From an uncultured Desulfarculus sp. (GTDB lineage Bacteria > Desulfobacterota > Desulfarculia > Desulfarculales > Desulfarculaceae): 64,000 bases of DNA. Positions 20,338 to 29,670 of the stretch are shown one piece after another. Under the pieces are notes generated by a model that saw only the letters and a list, made by a program, of their open reading frames with translations, ran no database searches and was not told the origin of the DNA. Within the stretch, counting starts at the first letter, position 1. Each line of letters begins with the position of its first letter. The DNA lies in contig CAXXUK010000001.1 in the NCBI GenBank assembly GCA_963665125.2, positions 64,001 through 128,000 on the forward strand. The letters run 5' to 3'. A program made the translations under genes and the position numbers.

Positions 20338-22230
20338 ATGAACAAGAGAATGATCATAAACGCGACCGAGCCCGATGAAATGAGGGTTGCCGTTATCCAG
20401 GGCGGCTTGCTGGAAGGGTTTTACGTTGAAACCGCAGCCAGGGAACAGACCCGGGGCAATATCTACAAGGGCGTCGTAACCAATATTGAAAACAGCCTTC
20501 AGGCGGCGTTCATAAACTACGGCGCCGCCCGAAACGGCTTTTTGCAACTCAGCGACATCTGCCCGGCCATTGTGAAAAGCACTGGCGGCGATGCCGCCAA
20601 GTCGCCCAAAAAGATCCGGGACTATCTGCGGTTGGGGCAGGAGGTTCTGGTGCAGGTGGTCAAGGAGGAAACCGGCAACAAGGGCGCCAGCCTTACCACC
20701 TATTTCTCCATACCCGGCCAATACCTCGTTTTGACGCCGGGGCACGAGGCCCAGGGCGTTTCCCGCAACATCAACAGCGAAGCCGAACGCGAACGCATCC
20801 GCAAGGCCCTGTCCGATCTGAAAAGGCCGGGCGGGTTGGGGGTCATCGCCCGCACCGACGCCGAGGGCCGCTCCAAACGCGAGATCCAAAACAACTTCCA
20901 GAAATTGATCCGCCTATGGAGGGATATCCAACGCCGCGGCGACAAGGCCAGGGCTCCCCAGTTGATCCACAAGGAAGAAGAGCTTGCCGTCCGCACGGTG
21001 CGCGATCTGTTTACCAGCGATGTCAAGGAGATCCTGGTGGACAGCAGCGACGTCTACGAGCGCATAAAAAAATACCTGGGCGTGGTCAGCCCCCGGCGCA
21101 AGGACCAATTGCGCCTGTACAAGGACCAAGAGCCGATCTTCCGGCGCTACCAGGTGGAACAGCAGATCATGTCGGTGTACCAGCCCACCGTTGATCTGCC
21201 CGGCGGCGGCAGTATCGTGATCCATCCCACCGAGGCCCTGGTTTCCATTGATGTCAACAGCGGCCGGGCCCACGGTGGGCGGCAGATCGAAGACACGGCC
21301 CTGAACGTCAACCTGGAGGCCGCCGTGGAAGTGGCCCGTCAGCTTATGCTGCGCGATCTGGGCGGCTTGGTGGTGGTTGATTTTATTGACATGCGCGACC
21401 GGGCCAACCAACGGGCGGTGCGCAAGAAGCTGGCCGATGAATTAAAAAAGGACAAGGCCAAGACGGCGGTGGGGGCAATAAGCCGTTTTGGTTTGTTGGA
21501 ACTCAGCCGCCAGCGGATCAGGCCGCCCATAGACTTTGGCGCGACCATGGTATGCCCGCACTGCGGCGGCAGGGGCGTGGTTAAAACACCCGAGGCCGTC
21601 GGGCGCAATGTGCTGCGCAGCCTTGAAAGGCGGCTTTCGGGCCGCGAAAAGGGCGGGATGCGTGTGCGCATGGCTCCGGGCGCGGCGCATTATCTGCTCA
21701 ACGCCCGCAGGCAGGACCTGTATGCCCTGGAGCAACGTTACGGCATTGTCCTGGAGTTGGTGGGTGAGCCGGGCATGACGGGCGAGGAAATCCAGTTGGA
21801 GCGCTTCGAGGCATCATGGGCGCCGCCGCCACCGCTGGAAAAGGTTTGTGAGCAGGCCGCTGAAGAGCCCCTGGTCAAGAAGAAGGAACCTGCCGAAGCC
21901 CCGGCCGAAAACGGCCAGGCCGCGGCGGATCAGGCCAAAAAAAGCGCTCCGCAAAAGCGCAGGCGCGGCGGTCGGCGCCGGACCAAGAAAAAAGAACCTG
22001 ATTCCCCGCAAGATCAGCAGGTTAACGGAAAAGCCGAACCAGAGGACAAGGGGTCCAAAGAAGAGCCGGTCTCTGCCGATCAGCAAGTCCGAGCCGGGGA
22101 AGATCAGGCCCCTAAAAAACGCAAGCGTCGCAGTGGCGCCTCCCGCCGCAAGAGTAAAATGCCTAATCAGTGGCCGGATGAACAACAGGGGATCGTCCCC
22201 ATAGTCACACAAGACGACACCTTTGAGTGA
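20338..22230 (+). CDS. rne: Ribonuclease E/G
   Basis: GNIYKG S1 domain, IDVNSG, RDLGGLVVVDFIDM, CPHC Zn-link, basic disordered tail. Confidence 0.93.
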   Translation: MNKRMIINATEPDEMRVAVIQGGLLEGFYVETAAREQTRGNIYKGVVTNIENSLQAAFINYGAARNGFLQLSDICPAIVKSTGGDAAKSPKKIRDYLRLGQEVLVQVVKEETGNKGASLTTYFSIPGQYLVLTPGHEAQGVSRNINSEAERERIRKALSDLKRPGGLGVIARTDAEGRSKREIQNNFQKLIRLWRDIQRRGDKARAPQLIHKEEELAVRTVRDLFTSDVKEILVDSSDVYERIKKYLGVVSPRRKDQLRLYKDQEPIFRRYQVEQQIMSVYQPTVDLPGGGSIVIHPTEALVSIDVNSGRAHGGRQIEDTALNVNLEAAVEVARQLMLRDLGGLVVVDFIDMRDRANQRAVRKKLADELKKDKAKTAVGAISRFGLLELSRQRIRPPIDFGATMVCPHCGGRGVVKTPEAVGRNVLRSLERRLSGREKGGMRVRMAPGAAHYLLNARRQDLYALEQRYGIVLELVGEPGMTGEEIQLERFEASWAPPPPLEKVCEQAAEEPLVKKKEPAEAPAENGQAAADQAKKSAPQKRRRGGRRRTKKKEPDSPQDQQVNGKAEPEDKGSKEEPVSADQQVRAGEDQAPKKRKRRSGASRRKSKMPNQWPDEQQGIVPIVTQDDTFE

Positions 22231-22415
22231 GTTAAAGCGCAAAAGCAATCCCCGCCCGGTTTTGTGCACAAAAAACAGTTTTGGTTTGATGGAAATCGGG
22301 CCGGTTTTCGTTAGTTATGGGCAATGGCTCAAAATGTGAGTTTGTCTTGGAACTGTTTAATAATAATAGGCTTTTCATGCTGGATCCAAACTAGCCGACA
22401 TTCACTGGGTTAGGC

Positions 22416-22468
22416 TTGTGATTCTCGACACATTTTTCTTGACAACCCCCTTAACCCTGCGATAGAAG
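22416..22468 (+). promoter_or_regulatory. Putative aprBA promoter with upstream Rex/CRP-like site
   Basis: TTGTGATTCTCGACACAT followed by TTGACA-N18-TAGAAG. Confidence 0.45.
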
Positions 22469-22474
22469 GTCATC

Positions 22475-22755
22475 ACCTCATTGGAATTTTGACCATGTAA
22501 GGCCAATGACGGAAACTCGTCGGGCGAAACCCCGGAGTTGCGCGATAAAGTTTTTGTTTACTTTGGCCGAAGCATAGAGTTATACTTTGTTCCAATAGGC
22601 ACAAGTTCGATTCACCGGACACGGGCCGCAAGCGTCCTAATGGGTAGGACGAAGGGCCTTGGGTCCGGTGTAGGATTGGTTACAAGGGGACCGAGCGGAT
22701 GATCCGCACGGTCATTGGTTAGGTTGTAATAGGACAACCAATACCTAACGGAGGA
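22475..22755 (+). other. Structured 5' leader of aprBA (candidate cis-regulatory RNA)
   Basis: Nested stems CACCGGAC/GTCCGGTG, CGTCCTA/TAGGACG, GACCGaGCGGAT/ATCCGCaCGGTC, GTTAGG/CCTAAC next to the SD. Confidence 0.45.
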
Positions 22756-22761
22756 AACTGA

Positions 22762-23217
22762 ATGCCAAGCTATGTAATCGTCGAAAAGTGCGATGGCTGC
22801 AAAGGTCAGGATAAGACCGCTTGCATGTACATCTGCCCCAACGACCTTATGCTGTTGGACAAAGACGGCTCCCTGGGTTATGGGGAAATGAAGGCCTTCA
22901 ACCGTGACGCCTCCATGTGCTGGGAGTGCTACAACTGCGTCAAGATTTGCCCTCAGCAGGCGATCGACATCCGTGGTTACGCAGACTTCATGCCCCTGGG
23001 CGGCAGCGTTGTGCCTCTGCGTGGTTCCGACAGCATCATGTGGACCGTCAAGTTCCGTGATGGCAACGTCAAACGCTTCAAGTTCCCCATCCGGACCACC
23101 GCTGAAGGTTCCGCCGAGCCTCTGGGCGGCTTCGATGAGGGCGATGGCGACATCACCACCGCCACCCTGATGACCGAGCCGGCTTCCACTGGCGCGGACG
23201 TGCTTCCCACCCGCTAG
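22762..23217 (+). CDS. aprB: Adenylylsulfate reductase beta subunit
   Basis: CDGCKGQDKTACMYICP, CWECYNCVKICPQ, RGYADF, KRFKFPIRTT. Confidence 0.98.
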   Translation: MPSYVIVEKCDGCKGQDKTACMYICPNDLMLLDKDGSLGYGEMKAFNRDASMCWECYNCVKICPQQAIDIRGYADFMPLGGSVVPLRGSDSIMWTVKFRDGNVKRFKFPIRTTAEGSAEPLGGFDEGDGDITTATLMTEPASTGADVLPTR

Positions 23218-23242
23218 TAAGGTCTCTGGAGGAGAATGAGAA

Positions 23243-25111
23243 ATGGCTGATTTCGAAACCGTACAGGTCACTACAGACCTTCTGATCTGCGGCGGCGGCA
23301 TGGCTGCTGCGGGCGCTTCCGTTGAAGCCGCCTATTGGGCCAAAAAGAACGGCCTGAAAGTCACCTTGGTTGACAAGGCCGCTTTCGACCGCAGTGGTGC
23401 CGTGGCCATGGGCCTGAGCGCCATCAACGAGTACATCGGCTACGCCGCCGGTGACAACTCTCTCGAGGACTACGTCAAGTACGTCCGCCAGGACCTCATG
23501 GGCATCGCCCGCGACGACCTGGTCTACAACATCGCCCGCCACGTCGACAGCTCGGTGCACCTGTTTGAAAAATGGGGCCTGCCGATCTGGACCGACGAAA
23601 ACGGCAAGTACGTCCGTGAGGGCCGGTGGCAGATCATGATCAACGGCGAGTCCTACAAGGTCATCGTCGCTGAGGCCGCCAAAAACGCCATGAACGACGC
23701 CGGCTACGAGATTTTCGAGCGCGTCTTCATCGTTGGTCCGGTAATGGACGGCGACCGTGTTGCTGGCGCCTACGGCTTCAGCACCCGTGAGAACAAATTC
23801 TACGTATTCAACGCCAAGGCCACCATCGCCGTGATGGGCGGCGCCGTGCACGTGTTCCGTCCGCGCAGCGTCGGTGAAGGTCTGGGCCGCTCCTGGTATC
23901 CGCCGTTCAACAGCGGTTCCACCACCTACTTCGAGGTGATGGCCGGTGCCGAGCTGACCTGCCAGGAAATCCGCTTCATCCCCGTGCGCTTCAAGGACGC
24001 TTATGGTCCTGTTGGTGCCTGGTTCCTGCTGTTCAAGAGCCGTGCCACCAGCGCCACCGGCGGTGAGTACATGGTCGAGCGCAAAGCCGAGTTGGAAAAC
24101 TGGGCTCCTTACGGCCTGGTGAAGCCGATCCCGGCCAACCTGCGCAACTACCTGGGCATGCTCGACAACGACGCCGGCCTGGGCCCGCTGTACATGGAGA
24201 CCGCTGAGGCTATCCAAAAACTGGCCGACGCCTACAAGGACGATCCCAAGGCCTTCAAAAAGAAGATGAAGAGCCTGGAAAACGAAGCCTGGGAAGACTT
24301 CCTGGATATGACCTGCTCGCAGGCTCTGCTTTGGGCCTCCAGCAACATCTATCCTGAGGAAAGCCGCTCGGAAATCGCCGCTTGCGAGCCGTACTTCATC
24401 GGTTCACACTCCGGCGGTTCCGGTGCGTGGGTTTCCGGTCCCGAGGACCTGGACACTCCGTACAAGTGGGGCTACGGCAACATGACCACGGTCAAGGGCC
24501 TGTTCACCGCTGGTGACGGTTCCGGCGCCTCCAGCCACAAGTTCTCCTCCGGCTCCCACGCCGAAGGCCGCTTCGCTGGCAAGGAAGCTGTCCGCTTCAT
24601 CCTTGACAACAACACTCTGCCCGCTCTGGGCGACGTCGAGGCCCTGAAGGCCAAGGCTCTGGCTCCGTTGGATCGCTTCAATGAGTTCAAGGGCCTGTCC
24701 ACCGACCCGCTCCTGAACCCCAACTACCTGCGCCCGACTTCGTTCATGTTCCGCCTGCAGAAGATCATGGACGAGTACGCTGGTGGTGTTGTGTCCGCAT
24801 TCAAGACCTCCCAGAAGCTTCTGGAGCGCGGTATTGAGCTGCTGGACATGCTGAAGGAAGACGCCGACAAACTCGGCGCCGCCAACACCTACGAGTTGGA
24901 GCGTTGCTGGGAGAACGTGCATCGTATGTGTCAGGCTGAGGCCCACGTGCGCACCATGCTGTTCCGCGAAGAGACTCGTTGGCCGGGCTACTACTTCCGC
25001 GCCGACACTCCCAAGATGGACGAGGCCAACTGGAAGTGCTTCGTCAACTGCTCCGTCAAGGACGGTGAGTGGGAGTTCAAGAAGGTCCCCGTCGTCCCCA
25101 TGGACGTGTAA
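23243..25111 (+). CDS. aprA: Adenylylsulfate reductase alpha subunit
   Basis: RSGAVAMGLSAIN, WQIMINGESYK, HKFSSGSHAEGR, REETRWPGYY. Confidence 0.98.
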   Translation: MADFETVQVTTDLLICGGGMAAAGASVEAAYWAKKNGLKVTLVDKAAFDRSGAVAMGLSAINEYIGYAAGDNSLEDYVKYVRQDLMGIARDDLVYNIARHVDSSVHLFEKWGLPIWTDENGKYVREGRWQIMINGESYKVIVAEAAKNAMNDAGYEIFERVFIVGPVMDGDRVAGAYGFSTRENKFYVFNAKATIAVMGGAVHVFRPRSVGEGLGRSWYPPFNSGSTTYFEVMAGAELTCQEIRFIPVRFKDAYGPVGAWFLLFKSRATSATGGEYMVERKAELENWAPYGLVKPIPANLRNYLGMLDNDAGLGPLYMETAEAIQKLADAYKDDPKAFKKKMKSLENEAWEDFLDMTCSQALLWASSNIYPEESRSEIAACEPYFIGSHSGGSGAWVSGPEDLDTPYKWGYGNMTTVKGLFTAGDGSGASSHKFSSGSHAEGRFAGKEAVRFILDNNTLPALGDVEALKAKALAPLDRFNEFKGLSTDPLLNPNYLRPTSFMFRLQKIMDEYAGGVVSAFKTSQKLLERGIELLDMLKEDADKLGAANTYELERCWENVHRMCQAEAHVRTMLFREETRWPGYYFRADTPKMDEANWKCFVNCSVKDGEWEFKKVPVVPMDV

Positions 25112-25131
25112 TGATCTTCTGATCGCTTAGC

Positions 25132-25167
25132 AACTCCAGGCGCCACTAGTGGCGCCTGGAGTTTTTT
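25132..25167 (+). terminator. Intrinsic terminator after aprA
   Basis: Perfect 32-bp palindrome AACTCCAGGCGCCACTAGTGGCGCCTGGAGTT plus T tract. Confidence 0.9.
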
Positions 25168-25304
25168 GCCTGTTTCCGGGCATTAACACCGGCGATGGAC
25201 AAAAAACTGCTCCTGTAGATTTGCTGGAAATGCAGGGGGGTGCCGAAAAAGTGAAGATATGCCGTCCCTTGCGTTCACAAAAGCTGGACGTGGGAATCGC
25301 GAAG

Positions 25305-25322
25305 TTGTATATTCTTTCACTA
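25305..25322. promoter_or_regulatory. Putative Rex site upstream of qmoA
   Basis: TTGTATATTCTTTCACTA, 11/14 informative positions of TTGTGAA-N4-TTCACAA; next to TACAAT. Confidence 0.4.
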
Positions 25323-25484
25323 ATACAATTTCTGGCCCTTACGGATCGGGAATAAGCGCCGCTGGCGGCGAGAACAGCGCAGGCCGGACTTCGGTAGTCC
25401 GGACCGCGTTTTTCATGCAAAACCGCCTGCTGCGACAAGAAAATTCACCGGAGGACATTAAACCACATGACAGAGGAGAGCACG

Positions 25485-26720
25485 ATGGGCCAAGCAATCA
25501 TGGTCGTCGGTGCTGGCATGTCCGGGCTCAGCGCCGCTCTTGAGGCCGCTGAAACCGGCTGCAAGGTGGTCTTGGTTGAGAAAAACCCCTACCTTGGCGG
25601 CCGCGTGGCTCAGCTGCATCAGTACTTCCCCAAGCTTTGTCCGCCCTATTGCGGTTTGGAGATCAACTTCAGGCGTATCCGGAGCAACAGCAACATCGAA
25701 ATCATTACCATGGCCGAAGTAACCGGTATCGAAGGCGAAGCCGGCAACTACAAGGTCACGGTCAAGCAGTCTCCGCGCTATGTCAACGACAAGTGCACGG
25801 GCTGCGGCAAATGCTCCGAGGCGGTAGAGGCCGAGATCGACAACGCCTTCAACTACGGTTTGGACAAGACCAAGGCCGCTTACCTGCCTCATGATCTTGC
25901 CTTCCCGCAGCGCTATGTCATCGACCCGAGCATCATCGGCACCGATGACGCCCAGAAGGCCAAGGACGCATGTCCTTACGACGCGGTAGATCTCGATGAC
26001 GCCGAGAAGGAACTGACCTTCGAGGTTGCTTCGGTGGTGTGGGCAGCCGGCTGGACCCCGTACGACGCCTCGAAGATCGAGTACTACAACTTCGACAAGA
26101 GCCCCAACATCATCAGCAACGTGCAGATGGAGCGCTTGGCTGCGGTCAACGGCCCCACCGCCGGCGAACTCAAACGCCCCGGCGACGGCGAAGCTCCCAA
26201 GAGCGTGGCCTTTATTCAGTGCGCGGGCAGCCGCGACGTGAACCACATGCCCCAGTGCTCGACCATCTGCTGCCTGGCCAGCCTCAAGCAGGCCACCTAT
26301 GTTCGCGAAAAACTGCCCGAGGCCGAAGTAACTATCTACTTCATCGACATCAGGGCAATGGACCGCAACGAAGACTTCTACAGCAAGGTCAAGGCCGACG
26401 AAGGCGTCAAGTTCGTCAAGTCCAAGATCGCCATGATCGAACCCCAGGCCGACGGCAGTCTTATCCTGGACGGCGAAAACACCGCCACGGGTGAGCGTTT
26501 CAAGGCCCAGCACGACCTGGTGGTCCTGGCCACGGGTATGCAGCCCAACACCGCTCTCCAGCAGGTTCCGGCAGACGTCGAATATGATGAATACGGCTTC
26601 TTGCTGCAGGGCGACGGCATCTACGGAGCCGGCACGGTGCGGCGGCCCAGCGAAGTTGTCACCTGCGTGCAGGACGGCACCGGCGCGGCCCTCAGAGCCA
26701 TTCAGAAGGCCGGGAGGTAG
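25485..26720 (+). CDS. qmoA: QmoA (HdrA-like flavoprotein)
   Basis: VVGAGMSG, YFPKLCPPYCGLEIN, FIQCAGSRD; directly follows aprBA. Confidence 0.95.
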   Translation: MGQAIMVVGAGMSGLSAALEAAETGCKVVLVEKNPYLGGRVAQLHQYFPKLCPPYCGLEINFRRIRSNSNIEIITMAEVTGIEGEAGNYKVTVKQSPRYVNDKCTGCGKCSEAVEAEIDNAFNYGLDKTKAAYLPHDLAFPQRYVIDPSIIGTDDAQKAKDACPYDAVDLDDAEKELTFEVASVVWAAGWTPYDASKIEYYNFDKSPNIISNVQMERLAAVNGPTAGELKRPGDGEAPKSVAFIQCAGSRDVNHMPQCSTICCLASLKQATYVREKLPEAEVTIYFIDIRAMDRNEDFYSKVKADEGVKFVKSKIAMIEPQADGSLILDGENTATGERFKAQHDLVVLATGMQPNTALQQVPADVEYDEYGFLLQGDGIYGAGTVRRPSEVVTCVQDGTGAALRAIQKAGR

Positions 26721-26725
26721 TTACG

Positions 26726-28939
26726 ATGAGCAAAATTTGTTATCTCTGCAAGGGCTGCGGTATTGGTGAAGCCCTTGACTTTGAAGCAATCGAAGAGGCC
26801 GTCGACGAGAAGGGCATCAGCGAAGTAAAAGAGCACGACTGCCTGTGCTCTCCCGAAGGCATCGCCATGATCCAGGCCGATGTTGACGGCGGCGTTGACG
26901 GCGTATTGATCGGTGCCTGTAGCGCCCGCGTCAAGACCGACGAATTCGATTTCGGCCCCAACTGCATTGTCGAGCGCGCCAGCCTGCGCGAGCAGGTCGT
27001 CATGTGCACCGACATCGAGTCCACCGACGAAGGCGAAGAAGATCGCCAGATGTTGGCCGAGGACTACATGCGCATGGGTGCCGTCAAACTCGGCAAGTGC
27101 AAGCCCCTGGAGCCCTTCCAGCTTGACCATGAGGTTTACAACGACCTTATGATCGTCGGCGGCGGCCCCTCCGGCATCAGCGCCGCCCTGGCCGCAGCCA
27201 AGGCCGGCACCCAGGTATACCTGGTCGAAAAGGATGCCGCCCTTGGTGGTTTCCTCAACAAGGTCAACAAGCTGGCTCCCCAGACCACTCCCTACCAGGA
27301 ACTGGAAGACAACCCGGTGGCGGATATGGTAGCCGAGGTTGAAGCAAACGACAAGATCAAGGTTTTCACCGGTTGCACCGTGGCCAAGACCGCAGGCGCT
27401 CCGGGCTCCTTTGACGTCGAGCTTTCCAATGGCGAAAAGATCCAGGCCGGCGCCATTGTCCAGGCCACCGGTTGGGTGCCCTACGACGCAGAGAACCTCA
27501 AAGACGATCTGGCCTATGGTTCCTCAGACAATATCGTCACCAACGTCCAATTCGAGGAAACCTGCAAGGACGGCGTGCCTTCGGTCAACGCCATAGCCTT
27601 TATCCAGTGCGCCGGTTCCCGCGATGAAAACCACCTGCCGTACTGCTCGGCCTTCTGCTGCCTGGTTTCGTTGAAGCAGGCCATCGCGGTTAAGGAAGAG
27701 AATCCCGAGGCGGCGGTGTACGTGATCTACAAAGACCTCCGCGCTCCCAGCCAGAGCGAGGAAGTCTACCGCGAAGCTCAGCGCAAGGGCGTCATCTTCA
27801 TCCGCAGGGATGAGGAATACCCCAGCATCAGCGCTGACGGCGATCAGATCAGCATCACGGTCAAGGACGTGCTGCTGGACGAAGAAGTAGAGATCGAAGA
27901 GCTGGACATGGTCGTGCTGGCCACCGGTATGCAGCCCAACAACCCCCGCGTTGTTGACGCTCCCCTGGTGGCGTTCGGCGAGGACCAGGAAGCCGCCAAG
28001 AAGAAGGCTGCCGAGGCCAAGGCCGCCTGCGACGACTGGAGCGTGCTGAACCTGCAGTACCGCCAGGGCCCGAACCTTCCGACCCTGAAGTACGCCATGC
28101 CCGACAGCCACTTCATCTGCTTCCCCTATGAGAGCCGCCGCACCGGTATCTATGCTTCCGGTACGGTTCGCCGCCCCATGCGCCTGACCCAGGCCATGGA
28201 CGACGGCGTGGGCGCGGCCCTCAAGGCCATCCAGGCCATCAAGGGCGCCGCGGACGGTTGCGCCGTGCATCCCCGCGCCGGCGACATGAGCTTCCCCGAG
28301 TTCGCAATGCAGCGTTGTACCCAGTGCAAGCGCTGCACCGAGGAATGCCCCTTCGGCGCCATCAACGAAGATGAAAAGGCCAACCCGCTGCCCAACCCCA
28401 CCCGCTGCCGTCGTTGCGGCGTGTGCATGGGCGCGTGTCCCGAACGCATCATTTCGTTCAAGAACTACAGCGTGGACATGATCGGCTCCATGATCAAGAG
28501 CATGGAAGTTCCGGACGAGGACGAAGAAAAGCCCAGGGTCATCGTGCTTGCGTGCGAAAACGATGCTCTGCCGGCCATCGACATGGCCGCTAAGAACGGC
28601 GTCACCTGGAGCCCCTTCGTGCGCTTTATCCCGGTCCGCTGCCTGGGTTCGATGAACCTGGTGTGGATCGCCGACGCGCTGTCCAGCGGTATTGACGGCA
28701 TCGTGCTGATGGGCTGCCGCCGCGGCGACGACTATCAGTGCCACTTTGTGAAGGGTTCCGAACTGGCAAACGTTCGTATGTCCAAGATCTCTGAGACCCT
28801 GGACCGCCTGGTGCTCGAAAGCGAGCGCGTGCGCGTCGAGGAAGTCGGCATCACCGACATGGCCAAGATTCCGGCCATACTCGAAGAGTTCATGGAAACC
28901 ATCGACGAAGTAGGTCCGAACCCCTACAAGGGATTCTAG
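26726..28939 (+). CDS. qmoB: QmoB (HdrA-like with ferredoxin and MvhD-like domains)
   Basis: DSHFICFPYESRRTGIY, CTQCKRCTEECP, CRRCGVCMGACP, GPNPYKGF terminus. Confidence 0.95.
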   Translation: MSKICYLCKGCGIGEALDFEAIEEAVDEKGISEVKEHDCLCSPEGIAMIQADVDGGVDGVLIGACSARVKTDEFDFGPNCIVERASLREQVVMCTDIESTDEGEEDRQMLAEDYMRMGAVKLGKCKPLEPFQLDHEVYNDLMIVGGGPSGISAALAAAKAGTQVYLVEKDAALGGFLNKVNKLAPQTTPYQELEDNPVADMVAEVEANDKIKVFTGCTVAKTAGAPGSFDVELSNGEKIQAGAIVQATGWVPYDAENLKDDLAYGSSDNIVTNVQFEETCKDGVPSVNAIAFIQCAGSRDENHLPYCSAFCCLVSLKQAIAVKEENPEAAVYVIYKDLRAPSQSEEVYREAQRKGVIFIRRDEEYPSISADGDQISITVKDVLLDEEVEIEELDMVVLATGMQPNNPRVVDAPLVAFGEDQEAAKKKAAEAKAACDDWSVLNLQYRQGPNLPTLKYAMPDSHFICFPYESRRTGIYASGTVRRPMRLTQAMDDGVGAALKAIQAIKGAADGCAVHPRAGDMSFPEFAMQRCTQCKRCTEECPFGAINEDEKANPLPNPTRCRRCGVCMGACPERIISFKNYSVDMIGSMIKSMEVPDEDEEKPRVIVLACENDALPAIDMAAKNGVTWSPFVRFIPVRCLGSMNLVWIADALSSGIDGIVLMGCRRGDDYQCHFVKGSELANVRMSKISETLDRLVLESERVRVEEVGITDMAKIPAILEEFMETIDEVGPNPYKGF

Positions 28940-28947
28940 GTTATTAT

Positions 28948-28982
28948 CAATGGGGGCTCACATGGGTGGTGGGCCCCCATTG
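28948..28982 (+). terminator. Stem-loop between qmoB and hdrC
   Basis: CAATGGGGGCTCAC/GTGGGCCCCCATTG followed by T-rich run. Confidence 0.55.
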
Positions 28983-29027
28983 GTTTATTGTTTAAATGAA
29001 TTATGTTCATAGAGCGCGAGGTATTTG

Positions 29028-29669
29028 ATGGAGTCAAACACCGAGAACATCGCAGCCGCTGAGCAGGCGAAAAAACCGAAGGGACCTGCCACTCGGGCCT
29101 ATGAACCGGCTTTCAGCAACGAAGTCTACGACAAGGTTGACTGCGGTTCAGAGATCAAAAAGTGCATGCAGTGTGGTGTTTGTGGTGCTACGTGCCCGTT
29201 GCGGGAGCATATGGTTCATGGCCCCAGGCAATTGTGGGCGCTGATAAAGGCCGGCAGGCGTGACGAGGTGCTCAATAGCCCCGATATCATGCTTTGCACA
29301 TCATGCTATACCTGCAAGGTCCGCTGCCCCAGAGGCGTCAGGGTTATCGATGTCATGCACGGCCTGGCCAATTACGCCATTTCCCAGGGCATCGTGCCCA
29401 GGGAAGAGACGCTCAAATTCGGCAAGGTCTTTTGGAAATCGATTTATAAAAAAGGCCGCGTGGACGAAACCATGGTCGGCCAAGCCTACGCCTTGGCCGA
29501 TGGCCTTGTGCCCGGCATCAAGCGCGGTTTGGAAATGGCTCCCATGGGCCTGGCGATGATTACTCACAAACGAATGAAAATGTTACCCATTAGGGCAATC
29601 AAGGGCGCCAAGGACCTGCAGAAGATGCTGGATAAGGCCGCCACGATGACTGCCGCGGAGGAGGCATAG
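29028..29669 (+). CDS. hdrC: Heterodisulfide reductase subunit C-like (2x[4Fe-4S])
   Basis: CMQCGVCGATCP and CTSCYTCKVRCP; no TM domain. Confidence 0.88.
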   Translation: MESNTENIAAAEQAKKPKGPATRAYEPAFSNEVYDKVDCGSEIKKCMQCGVCGATCPLREHMVHGPRQLWALIKAGRRDEVLNSPDIMLCTSCYTCKVRCPRGVRVIDVMHGLANYAISQGIVPREETLKFGKVFWKSIYKKGRVDETMVGQAYALADGLVPGIKRGLEMAPMGLAMITHKRMKMLPIRAIKGAKDLQKMLDKAATMTAAEEA

Positions 29670-29670
29670 C

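Noticed and set aside
22260..22273. Palindrome TTTTGTGCACAAAA after rne
   Set aside because: Spacing does not fit Rex or CRP and it is not terminator-like; no function can be supported.
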